The notes under the pieces: generated by a model
Seen by the model: only the letters and a program-made list of their open reading frames with translations
The model's database searches: none
What the model was told of the DNA's origin: nothing
Translations under genes and position numbers: made by a program
In this document: positions 13,589 through 26,509 of the stretch, piece by piece
Position numbering within the stretch: position 1 is the stretch's first letter
How the letters are laid out: each line of letters starts with the position of its first letter
Source: Octopus vulgaris
Taxonomy: Eukaryota
NCBI GenBank assembly: GCA_951406725.2
Contig: OX597831.1
Location: 74,648,001 to 74,712,000 of the forward strand
Reading direction: 5' to 3'
DNA length: 64,000 bases

Positions 13589-14409
13589 CACACAAATTTA
13601 TATCTGTATGAGCGTGTATCTGTATATATGTGTGTATATATGTAAGAGTTTCTCTGTCTGTGGGCTTGTACGTGTGAGCCCATGTGTGTGTGATTCCTGG
13701 GCGTACTTGTCCGGCTGTCCGTCTGTCTGTCTGTCTGTCTGTCTATCTGTCTGTCTGTCTGTCTGTCTATCTGTCTATCTGTCTGTCTGTATGAAAGTAT
13801 TATGTATGTATGTATGTACGTATGTACGTATGTATGAAAGTATGTATGTATGTATGTATGTATGTATGTATGTATGTATGTATGTATGTATGTATGTATG
13901 TATGTATGTACGTATGTATGTATGTATGTATGTATGTATGTATGTATGTATGTATGTATGTATGTATGTATGTATGTATGTATGTATGTATGTATGTATG
14001 TATGTATGAGTATTGATTTACGTTATCAATCTCGCACCGCGATTGAAAGGTCGGTGGGGAATGCGGGTCACCGACCTAGCGATTTTCAGCCCTGAATTAA
14101 TCAAACTCGCGATGAAATCATCCAACCTTAACATATCTGCTGTTATGTCATGGCTGGTTGGTTTGTAGAATGCTGAATACACTGCAGAAAGGAGGAAGGG
14201 GAGGAGGAGGAGGAGGAGGAGGAGAACGTGAAAAGCGTGAGGGACGTCAATCTTCAACAGAGATTAGAAGAAGTGGACAGAGGAGAGTGTGCATTTGGAT
14301 AAATTTCTTTTATCATGATCCTTGGCTGACCAATTCTTTGTGAATGGAATTATTGTAGACAGCAATTGCAAACTGTACAAAAGCCCGTCGTAAATAAAAA
14401 AAAAGAATA

Positions 14410-14712
14410 GATGCACATTATCGATCAGCCTATGGGCTGTTGTTATATCGCTGGTCACAATGCACTTTGCATCGGTTCAGCTTTTGAATTACTGCCACTC
14501 CGCTGGCTATGGCGAGGAGTCCAACGTTCCCCCTGATCGGAAGGCCGGTGCATTGCAGGGTGGTCACCCACTTACAGCTGACTGGACTGGACCAACGTGA
14601 AATGAAGTATTTTGCTCAAGAGCATAACGTGACGCTCGGGCCGGAAATCGAACTCCTGATCAAGCGATCGTGAGTTCAACACCCTAACAACTAGGCTAGC
14701 TAAGCCACGTTC
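14410..14712 (-). mobile_element. tRNA-derived SINE, diverged
   Basis: Minus strand head cctagttgttagggtgttgaactcacgatc...gagttcgatttcc carries A/B-box-like motifs, followed by a ttgagcaaaatacttcatttcac core. Confidence 0.65.
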
Positions 14713-14755
14713 AGTCGTCCCCACCGTGCATATATATAGGTATACACATATACGT

Positions 14756-14800
<45 letters not shown>

Positions 14801-14895
14801 CAATCCAAAGATAAACAAGCAAGAAAAAACAACGCGATGACATGGAGTAAGTACAGTGTTATTGGACGACCAGGAAAGGAAAGAAAAGAAAGCGG

Positions 14896-14930
14896 ATTTC
14901 ACGTTTCGAGCGGAGCTCTTCATCAGAAAT
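14896..14930 (-). ncRNA. Second hammerhead copy with G at position 17 (probably inactive)
   Basis: ATTT-CTGATGA-A-GAGC(TCC)GCTC-GAA-ACGT-G-AAAT; NUG violates the NUH rule. Confidence 0.65.
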
Positions 14931-15081
14931 ATAGAAAAAGTCCAAAGAAGAGAAGATTGGGAAAGAAAATCGCCAACGATAAACACGTGGTCAAATACAC
15001 TCACACACACATGTGACCGCGTGTGTACCGTCGGCGATTTTTTTCCTCCGTCTTCCCTTCCTTGGATCTTTCCTTTTCCTA

Positions 15082-15118
15082 TGTTTCTGACGAAGAGCTC
15101 CGCTCGAAACGTTAAATA
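15082..15118 (+). ncRNA. Minimal type I hammerhead ribozyme (PLE-type)
   Basis: TGTTT-CTGACGA-A-GAGC(TCC)GCTC-GAA-ACGT-T-AAATA: canonical core, palindromic ACGT stem III, GUU triplet. Predicted cut after 15113. Confidence 0.75.
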
Positions 15119-15369
15119 CTCCTTCTTTCTTTCCTTTCCTGAGCGCCCTCATTTTCTTTTTTAATCATATAATAAACAAACAGAAATTCATATATGAAAT
15201 TGATCTTTTTCCTACCTATGTTTTTCCTCTTATAACAATATTATATAATTGTCATCACTGTATTAATAGACAAAATAACACATGCAGTTCACTTACTATT
15301 GTCATATAATAAACAAACAAAAGTTCATGTATGAAATTGGTCTTTTCTCCACTTCAATTAATACATATT

Positions 15370-15490
<121 letters not shown>

Positions 15491-15552
15491 GTAGTAGTAA
15501 CAGAAAAGGGGAAATTTCGGTTGTCCCCACGTGGTGGATTGTAATGTATATA

Positions 15553-16478
15553 AGAAAATAAAAACGGAAAATACGCACACTTATATGGTTATTGAATAAT
15601 CCTTAAAATTTATACTTCAGAACAATTATTTCCTATTTGATGACACATACTATCGTCAGAAATGCGGAATTGCGATGGGGACGAAAGCAGCTCCTGTTCT
15701 CGCGAACCTAATAATGGGTTATTTTGAATTCACCTTATATGAAGTATCACTTCAGAAATATGGTCACCCATTTTACCTCTACATAAGAGAAAATTGGAAA
15801 CGATACCTGGATGACTGTTTTATCATCTGGAAGGAGAACATCGACAAACTTTTGGATTTCAAAACAACACTAAATGACATAAATAGTAACATTCAATTCA
15901 CAATGGAATATAATAAAGAACAACTTCCTTTTTTAGACGTCATGATAAAAAAGTCAACAATGAAATCATAACTGACATTTATTATAAACCAACTGACGCA
16001 AAACGATATCTTCTTTTTAACTCATGCCACCCGAAACACATAAAAATAAGCATCCCTTTTAACTTAGCAAAAAGGATCTGCACAATAGTGTCTGATAGAA
16101 CAACTCGGGACCTTCGTCTCCAAGACCTCAAAACAACACTTATTGAAAGACAATATCCACCCTCTCTTATCGACGACGGAATTAAACGTACCAAACAATT
16201 AGACACAAAAACACTAAGAACAAAAAAACATAGCACCACACCTCAAACCAAAACATTACTTTTTATATCAACACACAACCCCAGAAACAGTGAGGCATTC
16301 AACACTATTGTGCAAACTCTCCCTTTACTAACTAGAGACCTAAAAATGAACGACATCCTGAAAACACACAAACTCATCAAATGCAAAAAACAAGACAAAT
16401 CGCTAAAGAGACTACTAACAAGATACATTAAAAATTATACAATAACCATGTAAGTGTGCGTATTTTCCGTTTTTATTT

Positions 16479-16481
<3 letters not shown>
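15553..16481 (+). mobile_element. Naiad-like PLE RT/thumb fragment flanked by 48-bp inverted repeats
   Basis: LKFILQNNYFLF...GIAMGTKAAPVLANLIMG...WKRYLDDCF...LPFLDV, one frameshift near 15955, then TDIYYKPTD...NSCHPKH...IPFNLAKRIC. IRs at 15553-15600 and 16434-16481. Confidence 0.92.
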
Positions 16482-16527
<46 letters not shown>

Positions 16528-16543
16528 TATACATATATATATG

Positions 16544-16605
<62 letters not shown>

Positions 16606-16649
16606 TATATGTATATGTATATATAGATGCGCGCGTGTGTGCATATATA

Positions 16650-16686
<37 letters not shown>

Positions 16687-16689
16687 CTC

Positions 16690-17400
16690 TTCTATTTTTT
16701 ATAATAATTATAAATCTTCCACTAAGGAGGGAGCCAGTTTCCAGCAAAGATACTAGGCTCCATTTTTGGGATGTAGTTAACACAGACAAATTCACATTTG
16801 GGATTTGAGAAAAGTCTTGCATATATTTGCTGTTCCACTCACAGATTGCACTTGTAATGTACGAATCAGCCGGTCAATTTCTCTTTCTGAAAATCCCAGT
16901 TTATCCAGATTCTCCTTTAAGCATTTACTAACAAAACCTAATGCTCCAATTATTATTGGTATGAATATGAATTCATAGTCTGGATATAGAAACTGAAGGT
17001 TTCGAAGCAGTTGTCCTTAGATATCCTCTTTTTCTTTGATTTTCAGGGCAGCTAGCCTCTATGATGGCACATATCTTTGCTCCTCTGCCTCAAACAACAA
17101 TATCCGGCCTGTAATGTTTATATTTGACAGAAGTTTTGATGGGAATATTCCACCAGCATTCTTTGAGTTGGTGCTTATGAATTTATTCCATAACAGACTT
17201 ATTTTCTAAGTATATTACAGGACAGTCCTTTTTTTGCAGATTCGGATAAAAACTTTGTAGAATGTTTTGCAAAGCTCATCCGCAGTTATTGGCCACCTGA
17301 TGTCATCATACAGTGGAAATGCTCCTGCTATTGAATATACATAAGAAATTCCAATACAAAATAAAAGTGCTTTTCTCATTGTTTCTGTTAAGTCGCTATG
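16690..17400 (-). mobile_element. R4/Dong-like non-LTR retrotransposon 3' end with restriction-like endonuclease, decayed
   Basis: Minus strand: WWNIPIKTSVKYKHYRPDIVV*...IIEASCP...KIKEKEDI*GQLLRNLQFLYPDY...IPIIIGALG...ICKTFLK, a PD..E-type RLE domain with stops and frameshifts. Confidence 0.8.
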
Positions 17401-17628
17401 TCCATACGATGTGTTGTTTAAGTTATTGAAATTGTAGCGATTGTTCAGTTTTGGTTTTTGTTCTACCGTTTCTTTCCATTGTTCTCGCATTCTGAAGTTG
17501 ATTCGATTATATATTTTATTATTTAATTCTATCAATTTTTATTCCCAGGAAAAAAAATAATCGACTTCACATTTTGAAACTCTAATATTTAATCATGGAA
17601 ACATTTAGCATAAAATTATGTATGTATG

Positions 17629-17662
<34 letters not shown>

Positions 17663-17754
17663 TGTATGTATGTATGTATGTATGTATGTATGTATGTATG
17701 TATGTATGTATGTATGTATGTATGTGTGTGTGTGTGTGTGTGAGTGAGTGCATG

Positions 17755-17794
<40 letters not shown>

Positions 17795-17979
17795 TGTATA
17801 CATACATACATCTGTCAAAATATTTAGCAGCGGAATCATTGTAAATATTTACATACATACATATATATTTATACACACACACACATACACACACATATAT
17901 ACATGCATACATATACATGTATATATAATATGTAAGTATATATATATGTATATATATACCCATATATACATATACGTAC

Positions 17980-18010
<31 letters not shown>

Positions 18011-18193
18011 TGTATGTATGCATGTATATAGCTGAAGGATTCAAATTAGTAAAAGGATATACTAAATATATCTACCTGCTGGAAATAACAGTCAAAACTC
18101 TTTTTTAAATTGCCGAAGGCAAATCAGGTGAAGACAATCTCCCAACGTACATTTACGCATACATATATGTATGTATATATACGCATACACACA

Positions 18194-18261
<68 letters not shown>

Positions 18262-18409
18262 ATTCGAGTGTTAGTTCAGTGTATGATCCTCTTTATTATT
18301 GATGAAGGTAAATGAAAGGAAAATGAAAGGAAAATGGAAAACCGGAAACGGAAACGGCGAAGTAATGTCCCTGCATACGTAGAATGCAAAGAACGATAAT
18401 TATTATTTG

Positions 18410-18802
18410 AAATTTTTGCCATGAGGGCAGCTCGGGCAATGTGGGGATGTCTCGATTACATCGACCCCAGTACGCAACTGGTACTTAATTTACCGACCCC
18501 GAAAAGGATGAAAGGCAAAGTCGACCTCGGCGGAATTTGAATTCAGAACGAAGCGACGGATGAAATACCTGTTTCTTTACTACCCACAAGGGTCTAAACA
18601 CAGAGGGGACAAACAAGGACAGACAAACGGATTAAGTCGATTATATCGACCCCAATACGTAACTGGTACTTATTTAAACGACCCCGACAGGATGAAAGGC
18701 AAAGTCGACCTCGGCGGAATTTGAACTCAGAACGTAACGGCAGACGAAATACATCTACGCATTTCGCCCGGCGTGCAAACATTTCTGCCAGCTCGCCGCC
18801 TT
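18410..18802 (-). mobile_element. SINE family B, dimeric form
   Basis: Two tandem atcgaccccag...gaaaggcaaagtcgacctcggcggaatttgaa units joined by a cacaagggtctaaacacagaggggac linker. tRNA-like head aggcggcgagctggcagaa on the minus strand. Confidence 0.88.
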
Positions 18803-18857
18803 ACTACTACTACTACAAGCACACACACACACACACGCACACGCACGCACGCACATA

Positions 18858-19058
18858 CGAGGGGGTGCTGAAAGGCTTTAAGGATGTTGCGAAAGGCCTG
18901 GTTGAAAGCCCAACATTCTGAGTTCTTTTACAGGGCTTAGAAAATCTGAAGGACCGCTGCAACAAGTCTGTGAATCAGAGAGGGAAATAAAATCATAACT
19001 AACTGATCCTCCCGAATTTTCTTTAACCAAAAGCCACGGACTTTTCCGCACACCCTCG
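18858..19058. mobile_element. mariner-type MITE with TA target duplication
   Basis: TA|CGAGGGGGTGCTGAAAG ... CTTTTCCGCACACCCTCG|TA; the interior resembles a mariner transposase C-terminus. Confidence 0.8.
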
Positions 19059-19122
19059 TATATACATACATATATACATATATATACATACATACATATA
19101 TAATACATATATATAATATATA

Positions 19123-19177
<55 letters not shown>

Positions 19178-19376
19178 AGATATATGTATATATGTCCAAC
19201 CTCAAGGAAAAACTAAGCTAAGAGCACTAGATTCCGTGGAAGAAAGCAGTGATATATATATAAACAAGGACGGAAAAAACAGACAATGTTACACGAATAT
19301 AAATATAATAAAAATAATAACAATATAAATACAATAAAATAAAATAATATATATAAAATAATAATAATAATAATAT

Positions 19377-19782
19377 AGGCGCAGGAGTGGCTGTGTGGTA
19401 AGTAGCTTGCTTACGAACCACATGGTTCCGGGTTCAGTCCCGCTGCGTGGCACCTTGGGCAAGTGTCTTCTACTATAGCCTCGGGCCGACCAAAGCCTTG
19501 TGAGTGGATTTGGTAGACGGAAACTGAAAGAAGCCCGTCGTATATATATATATGTATATATATATGTGTGTGTGTGTTTGTGTGTCTGTGTTTGTCCCCC
19601 TAGCATTGCTTGACAACCGATGCTGGTGTGTTTATGTCCCCTTAACTTAGTGGTTCGGCAAAAGAGACCGATAGCATAAGTACTGGGCTCACAAAAGAAT
19701 AAGTCCCGGGGTCGAGTTGCTCGATTAAAGGCGGTGCTCCAGCATGGCCGCAGTCAAAATGACTGAAACAAGTAAAAAAAAA
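19377..19782 (+). mobile_element. SINE family A, full length (tRNA head, CORE-like segment, internal microsatellite)
   Basis: aggcgcaggagtggctgtgtggtaag...gggttcagtccc...ccttgggcaagtgtctt...(TA/TG)n...gactgaaacaagtaaaa; at least ten related copies in the window. Confidence 0.92.
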
Positions 19783-20024
19783 AGTACACACATATATATA
19801 AAGTTTCTGTAAAGGAAGCTAAATAATTTCATCCGTCGCTACGTACGCAGTTAATGTTAATTAATTACACTGTACAAACGTAAATGACTGTTAAAACAAT
19901 TTGCCATGGACCGGGAAATGAAGGGTTAGCTGTACTAGAGACAACAACAACATCGAATATGCTCACTGCTCTCATCACCAACCAAGTCACCTTCCCTTCA
20001 CCGCCTTTCCCATTCTGTAAATAA

Positions 20025-22095
20025 TCCTTTCTACTGTAGACACAAGGCAGGGGACTAGTCGATTACATCGACACCAGTACGCAACTGGTACTTAATTTAT
20101 CGACCCCGAAAGGAAGAGAGAGAAAGTCGACCTCGGTGGAATTTGAGCTCAGAACGTAGCGGCAGACGAAATATCTATTTATTTACTACACACAAGGGAC
20201 TAAACACAGAGAGGACAAACAAGGACAGGCAAAGTCGACCTCGGCGGAATTTGAACTCAGAACGTAACGGCAGACGAAATACTGCTAAGCATTTCGCCCG
20301 GCGTGCTAACGATTCTGCCAGCTTGCTACCTTCTACTTTGGTTAAATAAATCTTTTTATTCTAGGCACGAGGCCTGAAATTTCTTGAAATGGGGTTAGAC
20401 GATTGCACCTACCTCAATACTTAGTCGGTAGTTATTTCATCGACCTCTGAAAGATGAAAAGCGAAATTTGAACTCAGGACGTGAAGACGGACAAAATGCC
20501 ACGAAGCATTTTGTCCGGTGTGCTAACGATTCTTTTCTACTCTAGGTAAAAGGCCTGAAATTTTGGAGGAGGAAGCCAGTTGATGAGATCGACCTCAGTA
20601 TGCGACTGGTACTTAATTTACCGACCCCGAAAGGATGAAAGGCAAAGTCGACCTCGGTGGAATTTGAACTCAGAACGTAAAGACAGGCGAAATACCGCTA
20701 AGCCAGGTCGCTGCCTTATCCTATTGTAAATAATAAAGACAAGAACTATAATGGCAACATAACATGGGATAATCCTTCTTCAGTCGTAGAACTGGATGAG
20801 GCTAAACTTAATAGCAATAATCCGATGGCTTGTGAACAAGCATTTTCCCACAATGACATGATTTACCTGTTCTGTTTTGCAATCATTCACGCGAACTCAC
20901 TTCCCAGACTGCTGCAGGCTGCTGCCAGTTTTAACTTCGATTGAGCAGAGAGCGTGGTGTATAATTGGTTCCAGCAATTCCAAGGTCTTGTGATTCTGAA
21001 ATTAAACTTTCTTTAGAACGAGTGATTGGAACTTTTTAATTACTTGAAAGTTTTGGTAAAGTCGACATGCACAGAATTTACTTCTGGCATTCAGAAATCA
21101 ATACCTAAAATTTTAAAGGTCGGAAAGGAGGGAGCTGGCTGAAAGGTTAGCACGCCGGGCGAAATGCTTAGCGATATTTCGTCTGTCATTCACGTTCAAA
21201 GTTCAAATTCCGCCAAGGTCGACTAAGCCTTTTATCCTTTCGGGGTCGATAAATTAAGTACCAGTTGCGTACTGGGGTGGATCTGATCGACTTGCCTCCT
21301 CTCCCAAAAATTTCGGCCCTTGTACCTAGAGTAGGAAAGAATACCTAAAATTTTAATTTCATCAGTACCAGAGTGCTATATTGATAGATCTTACTCTGCA
21401 CGGGATAGGATGCTTTGCAGTTACGACTCTTTGTATTCGAGTTCAAAATCTGCCTTGGTTAACTTTAATTTTCACGCTTCTGGAAATACTCGTTAAATAC
21501 TTGAATAGATTTAACGATTTATACTTCGACGGGATTTGAAACCAAGAAGTCAAGAGCCAAAAGTAATACCGCAAAGCATTTTTATCCGACGAGCTAATGA
21601 TTCTTTTCTACACTAGGCATAAGGCCCGAAATTTGGGGGAGGGGGATAATCGATTTCATCGACCCCAGTGCGTAACTGATACTTATTTAATCGACTCCGA
21701 AAGGATGAAAGGCAAAGTCGACCTCGGCGGAATTTGAACTCAGAACGTAGCGGCAGACGAAATACCGCTAAGCATTTCGCCCGGCGTGCTAACGATTCTG
21801 CCAACTCGCCGCACTTACTAATAAATAATTTCCTAACGTAACAGAAAGAAGCAAATTTAAAAGGAAGGACCGTCAGTTATATCGGTTTCAAAGTTTGGCA
21901 CAAGACAGCAATCGTGGGGTGAGGGTGCAAGTCAATTTCATCGACCCCAGTACTCAACTGGTACTTATTTTATTGACCCTGGAACGATGAAAGGCAAAGT
22001 CGCCCTCGACAGAATTTGAACTCAGAATGCAAAGAACCGAAACAAATGCCAGTATTTTGTCCGACGTGCTAACCCTTCTGTGAGCTGGTCGCCTT
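20025..22095. mobile_element. Cluster of ~8 SINE family B copies and fragments, mostly minus strand
   Basis: Copies at ~20025-20330, 20360-20530, 20535-20717, 21605-21815 and 21890-22095 (-), and 21117-21339 (+) with a 17-bp TSD aatacctaaaattttaa at 21100-21116/21340-21356. Confidence 0.88.
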
Positions 22096-22385
22096 CTTGC
22101 CCAGGTTAAATATCATTACTTATTAAAAATTAACACCACATTTCAATCGGTCTGTTCTCCAGTCGTCATCAGATGTCTTTTGTACATATTATGATACCAG
22201 ACTGGATTCTTCAGTAGCTTAGTCGGTAAAGACGTTTTTAACCTAGGTTTAAAGAATAAAAAGAATTCTTGTTCAAATCGAATCCAGGTATGTGCAATTT
22301 TATGTACATATCTATCAGGGAAAACAAGGCTCTTGGTGTTGAATGGAGATCAAATTGCGTGGACCACGTAGTAGAGACGTCAATA

Positions 22386-22497
22386 GTTCGTGAAATGTTC
22401 GTATGTAAATGTAAATATTTTATGAAATGTTCGTATGTAGATGTAAATACGTCATGAAATGTTCGCAGATAGATATACATAATTCATGAGAAGTTCT
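22386..22497. repeat. ~31-bp minisatellite, about 3.5 units
   Basis: Recurring tgaaatgttcgtatgtaRatgtaaata. Confidence 0.8.
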
Positions 22498-22812
22498 TCT
22501 TTAAAATAAAGTGAATAAGTGGGAAACTTATAATTTTATAAACGACAACGCAGGCGTCTAGACATATAATTAATATTTGATCTTAATAAATAAATGAGTT
22601 AATAAATTAGTTATTACTAATTAATGCATCAAAGGCATTGAAATGTCAGCACTGGTGATACCCAAAGAAATACAGCAGTGGGTATTGAACCTGCAACGCA
22701 CAGGACCCAAAATAGGTTAGGGGATGTGGTGAGGGAGAACCATGAACGCTGGATGCCTAAATTATTATTCTTTTTGATCTGCATTACAGAACACTCACGC
22801 GCACAACGCACA

Positions 22813-22848
<36 letters not shown>

Positions 22849-23649
22849 AAAGATAAATATACATATTGATACAAATGTAAAGATAGACACGGATATATTT
22901 AAATTAGGGTTTGTTTTTCGCCCCTCACCGCCCTCTTCATCATCTCCAGCAGATCTATCTTCATTCCACCCGCTCTATTTGATATAGGATCTATGACATA
23001 CATACATACATACATACAAACATACATACATACATACAAACATACATACATACATGCATACATACATGCATACATACATACATACATACATACACACATG
23101 CATACATACATACATACATGCATACATACATGCATACATACATACATGCATACATACATGCATACATACATACATATACGCATGCATACAAATACATACA
23201 TACATGCATACATGCATACATACATACATACATGCATACATACATACATACACACATACACACATACATACATACATACATACATGCATACATGCATACA
23301 TACATGCATACGTACGTACGTGCGTACGCGCTTGTGTGCATGTGTGGTGTATGTGTGTGAATGTATGTATGTTTGTATGTATACATATGTGTGTGTGTAT
23401 TTACATGTGTAGGTATGTACTTATGCATGTATGCACGTATGTATAAACCTATGTATGTATGTATGTATATATATCCATGTCTGTATGCACAAATATATCT
23501 GTACACACACAAACTCACACTTGCACACACACATTTTTTTTTATATAAAACATTTATACATTATACATAAGAGATATAGAGGCACATACAGACACGTGCA
23601 CGACTTATCAGTCTTTGAGATGTCAACTCCAATGTAGATTGAATTTTAT

Positions 23650-24332
23650 TTCCCTGTAATAAACACCACATTTATCTGCCCTTTCCGTCTTCAATTTCCT
23701 CAGTTGGAGGGCAATCGTTTTTAACTCTGTCTTCCTATCATGAATTCGAAATAGCTGCTCCATGGAATCTTGCTTAACAGATTCCTTTTCTAAATTTTAT
23801 GTGTCTCAAGATGTTTTCAAGCCTCTGTTATGATTTTAAATCGATTACAAAATACAATAAAGACAGAAAATGGCGTCAGACGCTATGAAGCATGAGATTG
23901 CCTGAAAAAAATTCAAATTTTATTCTCTCCAACGTTGTCTTGAGTGCTTCATCATTTGTAGAATATGGAAAACATTCCATCGATAGTTTCCAAACGAAGC
24001 CAGTTCCAAGTTCACAAGTCACCTAAGGTTGCCATCATGTCATTACGCCCTTACAAAAGTCGAGCTCACATTACATAACAACAATGCGAAACATTTATTT
24101 TTTTGCTATTTATATCAACATTATATAACATTTTTCCGAAAGAAACCACAAAGAAAGAAATATCCCCATAATATTTAATCTACCTGGACAAATTCCTTCA
24201 AGAAATACCAGACAAACCATCTCGGTAAACAACAGCTCCCTAATTGAGTCGGGTATGATGTCTTAAAACATGACCTGACAGTCTACTTTCGATGGCGCTG
24301 TTAAGTTAGACATGGCTTGGGCCAATAATGGC
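23650..24332 (+). mobile_element. Decayed CR1/L2-group LINE 3' end
   Basis: LDKFLQEIPDKP..NNS remnant; the 3' end gctgttaagttagacatggcttgggccaataatggc matches the LINE end at ~37675-37712. Confidence 0.65.
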
Positions 24333-24612
24333 TACAACTCAGGGACGTGCCGCCTGCGTAGGCAAGGTAGGCAGTGCCTACCCTGAATAAAGTAGATCGA
24401 TAATAAAATTTTCCTTTTATGGCAAAATATACACCTAATTCAATAAAATTATAAAGGTTACTCTGATCACTATGCATAAAATGCAAAATATTTTTTTTTT
24501 GTAGATTAGGTAGGTATAATTCGCCTCTGCCTTTCAATTTCAGTACTAAAGCTATGCATAGTACCGCTGGGGTTCACGTGCTGCGTGCATTCCTACAACA
24601 ACGTTTTCTTTA

Positions 24613-25006
24613 TCTCTCTATATAAAGCTGAAGTTGTCTTCAGTGTATGGCAGGTTTGGTAGCCTTCAACTAACACTATCTCCTCTGAGACCCTGCGGCG
24701 CAAGTTGACCAAAATTGAGAGTATGATAGAAGGAGGCTTGTTCTTCCTTCCGTAGAAGAAAAAAATTCAAATCGGATCATGTTAACACCGAAAATTATTT
24801 ACATCAAAAAGATGCTTTTTTTCTATGAAAATCCCTATTTTTTACGATTTTTTGACTACTGTGTCGCCATTTTTCGGTGTATTTTAACCAGAAAAATGTT
24901 CACTTAAAGAGAATAACAAGCTACATAATGCAAAATTTTTACTTTTCAAAAATTCCAATTCTAAAGGGTCGAAACAAACCCGAGCAACGCCGGGCGATAC
25001 TGCTAG
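24613..25006 (+). mobile_element. Non-autonomous Helitron
   Basis: Starts A|TCTCTCTATATAAAG, has subterminal hairpin cccgagcaacgccggg (24979-24994), ends CTAG|T. Inserted at an AT site with no TSD. Confidence 0.88.
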
Positions 25007-25985
25007 TGTGCTATAAAGGCAGAAGTAAATCTGCCTTCAACTCAGTCGTGTACCTGTGTTTCGCTTATTTTTTGTGTTTTACTACATAATCGTCACCAAC
25101 TACCTTCCATGAGTAATTACTCACAGCACGTGCCTGCTACAGGTCTAAGTTACCTAGGCGCCAACCAAGATCTTTTATGTGCAGATCTGAACGATATTTC
25201 TTGAGAAGAATACCAGTTACTCATGGGTATTAGTCTCCCACTCGATGTGGTCGATCGCCGAGCGCACGATCATGGTTACGAGCATCGCGGCGGGCAGAAT
25301 TAGAACGCGAAAATCGCATCGATGTTTCCCGGGCAGCATAAGTCAACGCGACAGCCAGGAACTTCATGCTTCCCCGGCGTGCCGGTGGCTGGAGGCGGTC
25401 ACGGGAACGCGCGGTCGGACAAGGTAATAACATATTTCGGACGGACGCCAGGCAGAGGCGTAATTCCGGAGGCGGCGGTGACAGCGGCCACAGCACGAGC
25501 GGCATTGCAGCTATCGATGCCAGGATGCAAACATCCAGAACAGCTACCACAAGGTATCTTGCCTGGTATTTTCATAGTTCCACCACTCCAGCACTTGGTA
25601 CTTTCATAATCGACCCCCAAAGGATATAAGTTAAAGCTGACTTGGATGGGATGTGAACTTAGCATGTAGAGGTTTAGAACAAATACCAGGAGGTATTCTA
25701 TCTAACCCCGTGATGACTCAATGTGCCGCCGTATCAATGCCGAAATCTTCAATATACGATCATGGCTAAAAGGCGGTGAGATGGCAGAAACGTTAGCACG
25801 CCGGGCGAAATGCTTCGTAGTATTTGTCCCTTCGTTAGCGTAAGCAGCAACGAATCTGCTTTCTCGCCGTGGCAGATACTTATCTAAACACAGTGAGTTC
25901 ACTTTATAATATATACATCGAGGGTAATTTAATACACTGGGTGTCGAATCATTGCATTTCACTATATATACATATACACATTTAC

Positions 25986-26096
<111 letters not shown>

Positions 26097-26251
26097 TACT
26101 ACTACCACTACTACATACATACATATATAATATATTTATCACACACACATATACTCATATATCCATATCTGCGTGTATGTATACAAGCATGTATGTATAT
26201 ATAAGTATTGTACATATGTGAGCATGCATGCATGTACGCATGTATATATGT

Positions 26252-26290
<39 letters not shown>

Positions 26291-26348
26291 TGTATGGGTG
26301 TCCGTATGTACTTCTGTATGGGCATAAGTGTATGCGTGCGTGTATATT

Positions 26349-26390
<42 letters not shown>

Positions 26391-26509
26391 CAAAGCCACC
26401 AGTCGGTAGAGGTGATGATAACAGAAGAGATGCTGCAGAGGGACCAGGCAGCTTTCCCACGCATCTCCAATTACATCACACTCTACTCACCTTACATATA
26501 TATAGATAC

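Larger units (their letters stand above)
14795..15150. mobile_element. Inverted pair of PLE pseudo-LTR fragments, each with a hammerhead motif
   Basis: Arms ~14870-14993 and ~15014-15142 are reverse-complementary, and both contain CTGANGA-A-GAGC(tcc)GCTC-GAAACGT. Confidence 0.85.

Noticed and set aside
19377-19460. tRNA genes at SINE heads
   Set aside because: A/B-box-like motifs only, no complete cloverleaf, and they continue into SINE bodies.
25150-25170. LTR primer-binding site (TGGCGCC on minus)
   Set aside because: Only 7 nt, and no adjacent LTR or paired LTR was found.
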